A DNA stretch of 64,000 nucleotides from Octopus bimaculoides (Eukaryota), in assembly GCF_001194135.2 (NCBI RefSeq), contig NC_068994.1, positions 20,544,274-20,608,273 of the forward strand. Direction: 5' to 3'. Below the pieces are notes generated by a model. The model was not told the origin of the DNA. It searched no databases and worked only from the letters and a program-made list of their open reading frames with translations. A program made the position numbers and the translations under genes. Positions 40,001 to 52,911 of the stretch are shown here, one piece after another. Each line of letters starts with the position of its first letter. Position 1 is the first letter of the stretch.

Positions 40001-41356
40001 CAGGGGATGTGAAACCATAGAGACCATTTTTGATAATGGTTACAAAAGAAGCTTTTGATCAAAAATATGCAGTTCTATTCCAAATTTGTTGACTCAGCTC
40101 TACAGTCTACAGAGCAGCGAGAAAGCTCAGTCTAGAAGGTATAGAAATGATACAAGATCATGACATCTTTAAAATACTTTGCTGTTGACTGATACAACAC
40201 ATAGTAAGATATTTTTTACATTGCTATTAAAATAATGCTGATGATGATGATTTAAGAAAATTATATGTTTAGGTCATGTTACCTATATGGCAGAAGTGTT
40301 GCTTCTTTAAATTGTAGCTGTCCACCTTCTGCTTGTATAAAATTTTAGCCACTTAAGAAGATATTCACCTGTCTCTGAAAAGTGGAATAAATATTTCATA
40401 GTAACTCATGAAATTTTGAAGCACGTTGGGGCATAACTTTCTGGTTTCTATGGTGGAACTGTTTTAACTCAGACTGTTAAGTCTTATCCCAATTCATTAT
40501 GTATAAACATTAAAATGGCCATAGAAGCAAATGACAATGCTATTATGATGTATTTTCCTTCAGTAGCCAACACAAACATAGTAATTAGAACTAAATGTAG
40601 GGTGTAGGTAAACATTTCTATAAAAATATAAAAAATAATCAAAGCCAAGAATGTTTTCTGAAATTCTTTGTTTAAATATTTCAGAATGTGTGGTAGGATT
40701 GAGTGTATTCAAATCTTTTTGGTTTCATATCATGTGAATGAATATTTATATAAGAATGTGTGTTGGAAAATTAATGTAACATTGTATGAAATATGTATGT
40801 AAAAACAAATGTGTGAATAGTTTTCTACAGTTCATGTACATAGTATTGCAGTGTGTATATTTTGTGTGTTCATACACACATGTACAACAGTAGTGGAGGT
40901 GGTGGTGGTGGTGGTAGTAGTAGCAAAAGTAGTAGTAGTTGTAGTAAACAGCTAAGGCCAGGCTATAATTACTGCAAAATACTCAACCAACAAATGACAT
41001 TGTCTTATAAATACATCAGTCATTTTCATCATGATCAGCAGCAACAGCAGTAGTTGTAGCAACCAAATAAATAATGAGAAAAATAAAATAAATACTAACA
41101 AAATAAAGAGAGTAAAATAAACAACATAAGGAAGTTTCCATTCTGTTCAGGATTTTTCTAATTACTTTTGATTAAACCACATGGTGACTAATTGGATGTT
41201 TGGGGTTGAAAGGGTAAAAAGCTGGCTGATAGAAGACCCCAGTCAAACAAATATTACATGCAAGAGACAAATAATTTGAGAGTACTATTAACACCCTACT
41301 ATATCATTTTGACTTACTCCCTGTTTTCTGCAGAGAGAGAGAGGGAGAGAGAGAGA

Positions 41357-41403
<47 letters not shown>

Positions 41404-44400
41404 TGTGCGTGCATGCGTGTGAGAGATACTATCAGATCATTAAGAATGAAATGTCCAATTTTCTCATGCACCAAGTTTGACAGCTATAATGTTTTATCCT
41501 GACAATTCTGTTTTACAATATTGAAGGGTTACATCATCACTTTTCAAAATGCAATTATGACGACTGATTATATTGTGAGTTTTCTTTTGTAATTCAATTT
41601 TTGTGAACCTATGGATAGATCAAGAATTCATGTTGTTTATGAATATGGGTTCCATCATGGATTCAATGCATGCCAGACAGCTCAAATCATCAATAAGGTG
41701 TTTGGTGAAGATGTGGATGAATGAGCGTATTGTACATCGATGGTTTGATAAGTTCTGGTCTGGTGACTTTACTCTTAAAAATCAGCCCTGTGGTAGACCC
41801 GAGACCAAGTTGGATAATGATGAGCTGGAAATTGTAGTGGAAGTGGATACATCTCAAACTATGCATGAGTTAGCAGCAAGGTTTGAGGTTCTAATTCCAG
41901 CTGTATTGGACCATCTGAAACGAATTGGCAAGGTAAACAAGCTAGACAAGTGGGTACCACATAAACTGAATGAGCCAAATGACACGTCAGCTTGAAACTT
42001 GCTGTTCTTTGCTGTCATGGCATAGAAGCGGACCATTTTTGCATTGTATTGTTACGTGTGATGAAACATGGATTATTTTCAACAATAGCAAGCGTTCTGT
42101 ATGGTGGTTGGATAGAGATAAAGTGTTAAAACAATCCAAAAAAGAATATTCACCAAAAAAAGTTAATGGTGTTGGTTTGGTAGTCCAGCGCTGGTGTCAT
42201 CCATTACAGCTTCATGAGACCTGATAAGTCAATTACAGCGGATGTATACATCAACCAATTGGATGAAATGATGAGTGAACTTGTAATTAAACAACTGTGA
42301 TTGGTCAATAGAGACCAGCCAATTCTCTTGCAAGACAATGCTCAATCACATGTTGCACAAAGAATGCTACTCAAGTTACAGGAACTGAACTTGAAAAATA
42401 CTCTGTCATCCACCATATTCACCAGACCATACACCAACTGACTATCACATTTTCCAGACATTAGACAACTTTTTGCAAGGAAAAAATTTCAAATTTGAAG
42501 AAGGTGCAAAAACAGCCTTTCATGCTTTCATCACCTCTTGCTCTCCAGAATTCTTCGTTGCCAGCATAAATAAGCTACCGATAAAATGGCAAAATTGTGT
42601 TGATAATTTAGGTGCATACTTTCAGTTCAAAATCGGACGTTTCATTCTTAATGATCTGATATCTTCCTGGTAAGGCAACAGCACTTAGCCAAGAATAAAC
42701 CTCTGTACTTGGCTTTTGTAGATCCAGAGAAAGCCTTTGACAGAGTCCACTACCCCCTCACCTGGTGGGCTATGCAGAAGCTAGGGATAGATGAGTGGTT
42801 GTTGAGAGTAGTACAAGCCATGTACAGGGATGTTGTCAGTAAGGTAAAGGTCAGCAATGAGTATCGCAATGACTTTAGTGTACAAGTAGGAGTTCACTAG
42901 GATCAGTTCTCAGCCCCCTCTTGTTTATCATAGTCCTCCAGGCCATAACAGAGAAATTTAAGATTGTCTGTCTCTGTGCACTCTTCTATGCTGATGACCT
43001 TCTTATAGCTGAATCACTACCTGAACTAGAGAGGAAATTTCACATGTGGAAACAAGGTCTGGAATCAAAGGCCTTAGAGTTAATTTAGCAATGACCAAAA
43101 TCCTGGTGAGAAGGAAAATGGACAAATCACAAATCTCTTCAGGGAGATGGTCTTGCTCAATGTGTAGAAAAGGTATTGATAGAAACTCCATTCAGTGTAC
43201 CCAGTGCAAGCTATGGACACATAAGAGGTACAATAGTATCACAGAAAGGCTAACTGAGAACACAACTACTTTTATACATGAAAATAATTTCTAAACATAC
43301 ACAATATCATATACTCTTTACTCTTTTACTTGTTTCAGTCATTTGACTGTGGCCATACTGGAGCACCGCCTTTAGTCGAGCAAATCAACCCCAGGACTTA
43401 TTCTTTGGAATCCTAGTACTTATTCTATCAGTCTTTTTTGCCGAACCGCTAAGTTACGGGGACGTAAACACACCACCATCGGTTGTCAAGCGATGGTGGG
43501 AGGACAAACACAGACACACATACATATATATATACATATATACGACGGGCTTCTTTCAGTTTCCATCTACCAAATCCACTCACAAGGCTTTGGTCGGCCT
43601 GAGGCTATAGTAGAAGACACTTGCCCAAGGTGCCACGCAGTGGGACTGAACCCGGAACCATGTGGTTGGTAAGCAAGCTACTTACCACACAGTCACTCCT
43701 GCGCCTATATGTATAAAATAATATGTATAAAAAAACATAAAACAAATCCTGAAGAAAACATACATAAGTGGGGTGGAGAGCAATGGCATAATAAAATTGT
43801 AGATAGATGAAAAATAGGACGATGATGTTAAGTTTTGGGAGAGAGAGAGGAATACATAGTGATAGAAATGGCAGTCAGAGGTATACAAGGACAGATAGAG
43901 TGAGTGATGAACAAAGGTGAGGTGAAAGCATTGGTGGTAGATAAGAGGGTATTCAGGGGGAAGCAGTATTGAGAGGAAAATAAAAAGGTAAGGGATGATA
44001 TTGAGAATACACAATGGGTAACAAAAAACAATGGTTCCATGGAGAGGGATAACTGGTATCACCAAAGCAGTATGAAATATGTGTAGTCCTCTTGTATTAT
44101 TACAACAGGTGAGTAATTGTGCCATAGTTAGAAGAGTGAAGGGTGATAGTTTGACAGGGGCAGATTGGGTACTGGGGTACTGGCATAAATGATAAGCTTT
44201 TAGAACCCTTTTCTTTTTACTAATAACGCCACCACCAGGAAAACATCCTTGTCCATTGCAGAGTGGTTTATAACACAAACTGATAAATATTTACTAACTC
44301 AGTAAACTTGAAAGTGTTTGTACATGCCAACATTGCTGTCAAATCTCCCTCAACAAACTTATCTAGAATTTTTAAAAGAAGTAACATAAGTTTAACTTCT

Positions 44401-47400
44401 AAAATAGTACTAGCAAGAAGACTAACCAAACAATTCTTCTACTGCCACAGATCTGTTTGAGCAGAACTGAGAAGGGCTATCTAAAAACAAGTACAGCAAA
44501 TACAAATAAATATATTTCATTCATTTACCAGGGGCATGTTACTCCAGATAGAAAAGCCTTTCTCTCAGCTCTACCTTGCACCATCTATTTAGTGCAGGTC
44601 TTTGTTTCAAGGATTTGCCAAACCACACTAGTCTTGCAGACTGGCATGGGAGCTTTTAATGCATCTAGGCAGAATTTAACTCAGAACCAAACCAGAACCA
44701 ATAATGTAAGGCATCTGGTTCAACATTCTTATATTTCTGTTAATCCACTACCCTAGGTTAGTATTTTTTCTATTGACGCTGAAAGGATGAAGACAAAATT
44801 AACCTTGGTGGGATTTTATCTCAGAGTCAGAACAAATATCACAAGGTAGTCAATCTGATGCTCTAATGACTTTACAATTCATCTTAATAAATTTTTCAAG
44901 TAAAAAAAAAAAAAAAATATCTGTAATGGGATGAACATTCATAATTCACAAATCAAATACGCATGATAAAAATTCTTGTCAAAATACCTAATCCATACAA
45001 CTAATCCAGTGATATTACTCTAAAAGCATCTTGCAATAAGCTTATTTTTAGACATAGTGCCACAACTGCAATGAAAATATTCTAACATTTTAGCCAGATC
45101 CCTTCATCAGAAAGTATGCTTCTTCATACAGATCATCAAGTCTCCAAAAGTGTTATAGCACACACATGATGATTATTTGATACCTCATGCAGTTCACCAA
45201 GTCTTCAAACATTTTGGTGAATATACCTTATTCATTTGTTTTCTTCTATAAAAATATTATTAATTAACAAAAGAAACTTTAATTTACTTTACTTGTTTCT
45301 GTCATTGGACTGTGGCTTTGGTGGGTTGTTGTCAAACAAATGAACCCAAGTACTTATTTTTAAGTCTGGCACTTATTTTTTTGGTCTCTTTTGCTGGGCC
45401 ACTAAGTTACAAGAACAAAAACAAACCAATGTCAGTTGTCAAGTGAGTGGGGAGGAGGTAAACACTGATATAAAAACACATACACATATACATATATATG
45501 TGACAGGTTTCCAGATTGTTTCCATCTTCCAAATTTACTGACAAGGCACTGGTCAGCCTGGGGTTATAGTAAAAGAGGTGCCATGTAGTGAGCTTGAAAC
45601 CATGTGGCTGCAAAGTGAGCATCTTAACCACACAGCCACAGAAATGATTTTTCCAATGAATTTCTGATGATTAATAAAACAACTCATGAGTTTCATCACT
45701 AGTTAAAACACTGAATAAATTGCAAAAGAAAGAGAATGACAAAAAATAGAACAGACAGAAGTTTTGAAATAGTATTATAAAAATTCAATTGTATTTTTAT
45801 ATATCTTTTTAAAGGATTTGCTCATGTTAGAGCCAATCTATTTACATAAGCAGAAAATTTTAGATCAATAAACTTATATAAAGTGTTTTCAAGTTTGGGC
45901 ATGACAAAGTTTGCGCATCATAAAGAATGGAGAAGATAAACATGCATGACTTAGCTTTCTTTATAACCATTTGTGACATACAAATAGGTTGTTGTAATTT
46001 TTATTATCATTCTATAGAGCTTATTATAGTTTTATTCATTTTTGATAATTCAAACATTCTACTTCATGTTTAGCTTGCATTGTTCATGAAAAGCATTTTC
46101 TGATTATACATGAAGCAAAAGATTTTTTAGGCAGACTGTGAGTGGTAAGGTCAGAAAATATTTCTTTTTATTGTAAACAGAAAAATGTTGTCATTACTAC
46201 GAAAGACAAACACTGAGATAGTTCAAAGTTTATTGTTCTTGGACTATGTTTGATAGTCGCTGCTGTCATGGGTTCCTTGATGTTGACTGATCATTGTGTT
46301 GCCGTTGCCATCCATCCATTGTTTTTGTGCATTTTGCCCATCTGCTGGTTCTGCTACTGTCTGCTGACAGTCATTTCTGTATCTGGTCTGCTGTCTGTCA
46401 TCTGCTAAAATGTGCTGAATATATCGTGGTGGTCTTGCTCAGAAAAAGCACGCCAAAGACGAAATTGTTGTGAGATCCAGTGCTACACAAAGTCTTGAAT
46501 GGTCAGATCTTTTTAAAACATTGGTAATATTCTAGCAAATCATGGAAACTATCAAGCCGTATAGTTTTCCAAACACCATTCAAAGTTGAGTTTCACTCCA
46601 TTCCATGACTCAGTAATATTATCTACAGCATCCATTAAAGTGAATTCCTTTCAGAAGTCTCTAACTGTAGGTTTATCCTCCTTGTCTATTGCTTTCATAA
46701 ATGTTTGAAAATTCTTTTCAGATAACATGCCTTGAAGTTAGCTATCACATCTTGATCTATTGGCTGGAGCAAAAAGTTGTTTTCTTGGGGATATAGACCA
46801 CTCTCACATTATCAGAATGCTCATTTAATTTCACTGGGTGGTTTGGTACATTGTCTAAAAGGAGTAATGTTTTTTTAAAAATATTATGGCAGGACATAAA
46901 ATGTTTATAAAAGAACTCTATGAAAAGGTTCTTAGTCATCCATGCCTTATTTGAATGCCAAATCAGAGGCAAATTAACTTTGCATAGCCCTTGAAAATCA
47001 TGAATTTTTAGAACAACACACAAGTAGGGATTTCAGTTTCCTATCACCAGCAGAGAAGAAATGTCAGGTGGTTTTTGGAAGCTTTAAATCATGGTGTTGA
47101 TTTTTCTTTTTGAGAAATAAAAAGTTCTAGTAGGCATGAGCTTCTACAAAAGTGCAATTTCATCAACATCGTATAATCACTCTGATATGTTGCCTCACTG
47201 AGCAACCATTTTTCTTCGGCTGCTCAGAATAATTAGTGGCAGCCTTTGTATCAAAACTGGCAGTTTCATCAGTCTTTTATGTTGTGCAAGTTCAAGACTT
47301 CTTAAACTTTTCAGACCAGTCTCTACTAGCCAGAAAACATTTTTTATTAAAAGTTCCACCTTCCTTTTTCTGGAAATCATCACCTAAACTTCTGGCTCTT

Positions 47401-48809
47401 TTTTAATTACCATAGTGCTTATTGGTACATTGTGCTGAATCTTATCCTTGATCCATATACAGTAATCCCTCGACTACCACGGGTGTTACATTCCAAAACC
47501 CCCCACAATAAGTGAAAATCCATGAAGTAGAAACAGTACTGTACTGTATATATTTTTTTATTTTTATAATTTGTATATATTTATTTTATTATAAATGCAA
47601 AACAACACCACACACTCGCCTTCCATACAGTATGTGCGATTCTTTGTTTATTCATCTACGGTACACTTGGTATTTTCTTTAAATATATTTTAATTAATGT
47701 GTTAAACAGTGCAGTACTGCACTGTATTTCTATTTATTAATTCATTCATTTTTAGACGTGAAAATGCTTATTTTACCACAGAAGTATTTACCATGATATA
47801 AATTTACATATATTAGCCAGAAAAATCCACAATGTACTGAGAGCATGATACGTGAAGCACGATATGGCAAGTGGTTACTGTACCTCAAAATGGCCTTATT
47901 TTAAGTATAACATTAAATCTATGAAAAAATAAGGTCTGGACAGTTAACAGAGTAGCTTCTTGGACACTTGACTTAATTTTCTTTCTGTGCAGATCATAAA
48001 CTTTAATGTTTTGGCAATGTGACTGATTTCTACCACCAAGCCTTTTTAAAACATCAAGCTTGATATCCACTGTAATTTTCTAAAGGTTCCTTTTTTTTTT
48101 TTTTTTTTGTACTACTACTCTTAGTTCCACTTGATGGCTTCGTTCCAGACATCTTGAATAGTTGGCAAACCCAACAGCTGTCTCTCTTTCTCCCTCTGTG
48201 TGTTTGTGTGTATACTCATATATGTATATACATATATACATGTATATATATATGATATATGGACATTGTTGGATAACTAACAAGGCAGAGACCTAGACTA
48301 GCAGTTTGCAGGTTATTATGGCCAAGCAGAAGCTCTGTACCATCAGACAACTGATTATTGAAAAGGTTGCAAGACGCAACAAAAATTTTAGGAAAATAAA
48401 AATAAGGAATAAGTAGAAATTTTACTGGTGAGTGTGTTAAATTATAAGGCACAAAAAGAAAATGACTCTCCCAAGACACAACAGAATTAACTGATAGTGT
48501 TTCTCAAATAAAATTCAAGAAAAGGCTCATATCATGAATAACACTTCAGTTAGATTATCAAATACATGAATGCACTCGATAATGAGGGAGCCTCTATATG
48601 GTTGCTCAACCTGTTAGAAATAGTAGCAAAATCACCTTATCATCAAAACAAAAAGGACACATTAGATGATTTAATCACTGATGTACAGAAAGACAGAGTG
48701 AAAATGGGGGCAAAGAATGACTTTGACCTGGTGTTAAACATCAACAAATGAATGCTTATTAGTAATGTATTTTTGTCCAAACTTATTTTACATCCATTTG
48801 TATCACATT

Positions 48810-48842
<33 letters not shown>

Positions 48843-51439
48843 TACACATACACAAGCATACAACAGTTCAGCAGAGACACATTTGGCTAAGTTAGTTGAA
48901 TGTCAGCCCACTAGTCAAAGGGTCGGCAGTTTATATCTTTTCAATGTTTTGCTGTGTCCGTGGCCAAAACATTGTATACCTCTCCATCTAGCTATAAATA
49001 GGTTTTGTGGGAGGTACACAGTACTGCATTAAGCAACAAGAGAAAACTGCATAATTACAACTCTCAGCCTAATTTTTCTCATAAACAAATTTTGTTGTTA
49101 GAATGGTGCTTTACCCAGCCAAACAAGTGTCACTCAAATGCTTAGTGCCTTGAAGTCTCGGCTAAGTTTCAGTAAAACTCAACACACTCCAGTAATTGTG
49201 GATTTTAAGACAGAGTATTTCAGACACACAAACTAACTCCACTAGTTCAGACATTGTTTCTAAACAATCAATTAAAATATGATGAGATTTGTTTTAACAG
49301 TTTTAAATATTATAACAACAAAAATAAATAAAAGGTTGCAGATACAGTAGAAATTATTAATTCATATACTACAAAGAAGAGTTTAATAGCTATGCCTATG
49401 AATGGGAGCATACGAGAAATTAGTAATTATTTAATATGCCTGAAGCAAGGAGCATGGGGACAATAAAATCAGGTGACACAGATTAGAGAGATTCAAACAA
49501 GTGCAGTTCTTTCTAACAAAAATAACTCAGTTAAGAGATGTATGAAAAGAAGCTGTTGAACTTCTTATATCCCCACCTGCCCAATAACTGCAACCTAATA
49601 TTATTCAACAGAATATCTATAAATATATCTGTTTAATCAAATAAACTAAAATATTACTTTAGGTCAGATATATGTACTAGTAAAATGCAAATTATTAATA
49701 AACTTGTAAACTGCAAAGAACAGTATAGTCTATTGACAATATTAATAATTTCTTTCAATAAGTATTTCTTACATACAGGCATGGCTGTGTAAGAAGCTTG
49801 CTTTCCAACCACATGGTTCAGGGTTCAATCCCACTATGTGGAACCTTGGATAAGTGTCTTCTACTAAAGCCTTGGGCCAACCAAAACCTTGTGAATGGAT
49901 TTGGTAGACGGAAACTGGAAGAAGCCCATCTCACACACACATTTCTGTCTTTGTGTCTGCATTTGTCTCCCCTCCATCAGTTGACAACTGGTGTTGGTGT
50001 TTACATCCCCATAACTTAGTGGTTTGGCAAAAGGGACAGAGAGAATAAGTATCAAACCCTGCCAATAAAAAGTACAGGGGTTGATTCAATCAACTAAAAA
50101 TTCTTGAAGGCAGTGCCCCAGCATGGCCACAGTCTAATGAGTGAAACAAGTAAAAGATAAAAGATACACTAGATACAAGATTACAAATGTTTCAAGAAGA
50201 GTATTGTCAATTAACATCAACACGAGTAAATGTCAGATGTTAATTTTATTGATCCTAAAGGACAAAGGTGATCTCAATAGGATTTGAACTTGGAATGTAA
50301 AAGGATATAACTAAACACCTCAATGCATTTTATCTGGCCAACTACCATTTCTGTCACCCAACCAATCTCCAAACAATAAAAATTTTGAGACACAAAGCTT
50401 CACATTTGGGTGGAAACAGTCAATTAAATCAACACTTATTTAATTACTTTTGTTTCAAGAAACGCAGACTGAAGAAACAAATGCACATTCATCAACACAA
50501 TAATATTTTAGTCAGAGAAAAAAAGCAGTACTTTTTAATAAAAATAGATTGTAGATTGTATGTTTCATGTGTACGAAGTGCAATGATGCATGGTAGTGAG
50601 ATGTAGACACTGAACACAGAGAATGTGTGAAGGGTGGAGAGAAATGAAGCATACTCTACTGCAGTAGTTCCTAACCATTTCATAGTGGTTCCCAACCCTT
50701 TTATTTAAATGAGTTTTAATATGCTTGTCCTTATGTGTGTGTGTGTGTGTGTGTGTAGGCCCAGGAAGACCTGGGCTGAGGTGGTGAGGCAAGACCTTCG
50801 AACATTGGGCCTCACCGAGGCGATGACTACTGACCGAGACCTTTGGAAATGTGCTGTGCGTGAGAAGACCCGGCAAGCCAAGTGAGATCGTTGCCAGTGC
50901 TCCTGGACTGGCTCTTGTGCGGGTGGCACATAAGATGCACCATTTTGAGCGTGGCCGTTGCCAGTACCGCCTGACTGGCCTTCGTAGGATTTTCGAGNNN
51001 NNNNNNNNNNNNNNNNNNNNNNNNNNNNNNNNNNNNNNNNNNNNNNNNNNNNNNNNNNNNNNNNNNNNNNNNNNNNNNNNNNNNNNNNNNNNNNNNNNNN
51101 NNNNNNNNNNNNNNNNNNNNNNNNNNNNNNNNNNNNNNNNNNNNNNNNNNNNNNNNNNNNNNNNNNNNNNNNNNNNNNNNNNNNNNNNNNNNNNNNNNNN
51201 NNNNNNNNNNNCCATCCGGTTTCACTAGTCCTCAGTCAAATCGTCCAACCCATGCTAGCATGGAAAGCGGACGTTAAACGATGATGATGATGATATATGT
51301 TAGAGGTAATACTTGAAAATTGTAAGCACCTGTGCATGCCAGATCGTGGCCGGGGTGAAAGCATAAATTGAAAATGTAAAAATAAAAACAAAACACAAAG
51401 GATTCTGCAGTACACGTGTTTCAAGCTTTATAGTTGTTG

Positions 51440-51480
<41 letters not shown>

Positions 51481-52863
51481 TTTGAATTTAGCTCATGGAC
51501 CCCCAGTATTGCCTTTGTAGAACACTAGGGCTCCACAGACCCCAGGTTGGGAACCACCACTCTACTGAATGTGTAATGTTAGTGTGTGTAAATGACATGG
51601 TAAAGATGAACTGAGTGATTAATTAGGGAAAAGGAGAATCAATTGTAGTGTGCAAGAATGAATATTGCATTGAATTGGATATATGATGCATATGGAAGAT
51701 AATAGATGAGTAAAGAAGTACTGGGATATCCAAGTGGAAGGAAACTGGAACAGAGAGAGCAACAAAAGATGTGGGCAAAAGTAATAAAAACTGAAATCTT
51801 TGAGGCAGACTTTTCTATGGTTGTAAGCCCTTTCTGTGGCCAACATTCGCCTGTTGCCAAGCAAACTAATGGTTTTCCAAGGCCAGATGTTTTTCAAGAA
51901 TGATTGTCAATGAACAATACTCATTTACAACCATCATGTGATATCAAGACAAGGTGACACACAAAAAATTATTGTTATCTCTGGATGAATACCACAGTAA
52001 ATTGCTTTTCAATGAAGTATTTACATTAAGTATGATACATAGATGGCCAGTTTTATACCTGTCTTTTTATGCTTGCAACAGTTGAAAGTGAGATGCTCTC
52101 CAGTTGAACATCTCACCACTTGTTGTGGTACTTTTCATCTTCCTTGTAAGAGTCAGGCGACGCTGTGTTGTAAGAAGTTAGCTTCCCAATGACACGGTTC
52201 TGGGTTCAATCCCAACTGTGTGGAGCATTGGGCAAGTGTTTTATACTATAACCTCAAGCCGACCAAAACTTTGTAAGTGGATTTCATAGACGGAAACTAA
52301 ATGAAGCCCACCCTGTGTGTACGTGAATGTGTGTAAGCGATCTTTCGGTACTGGTATAGAGTGTCGGCATGAAGAGATGACGTAATTCACCCTCTTTTTC
52401 AGCATGGTCACAGTCCAGTGATTGGAGCAAGTAAAAGATAAAAGCCAGATATCAAGTTAGAAAGTGAATGGCTAAGAGAATAACGTACATAGAGGATAAC
52501 GATAAAGCAACAAACTCACGCGTAAAATAATAGAAATAGGAAACGGTGGGAGGTGAGGGGGCTACACAATGAGCAAAATAGAATTTAAAAAATATTATTG
52601 TTCAAGTCAATCAGTGCTCTTAGTTACATGTCGAAGCGTACATAACAATTAGCTTATTCGCAATTGCATTTTCTCCTAACAATTAAATCAAAATTGCTCT
52701 CTGCTTCGTAAAGGAAGTTAAGCGAGTGAGAGAATGGAGGCAGGAAGGGGAAATGGAAGGGGTATCTTTAAAAGAGTAGTCTACTATCAGGTGAGATTAA
52801 ACAAACAAAAACATTCGTACAATTAAGTAAATTTAAAAGAGGCATGTATGTGTAGAGTGAGAG

Positions 52864-52911
<48 letters not shown>

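Noticed and set aside
43682-44278. 198-aa minus-strand ORF
   Set aside because: It comes from pyrimidine-rich low-complexity sequence that rarely forms stop codons, overlaps a SINE end, and has no motifs.
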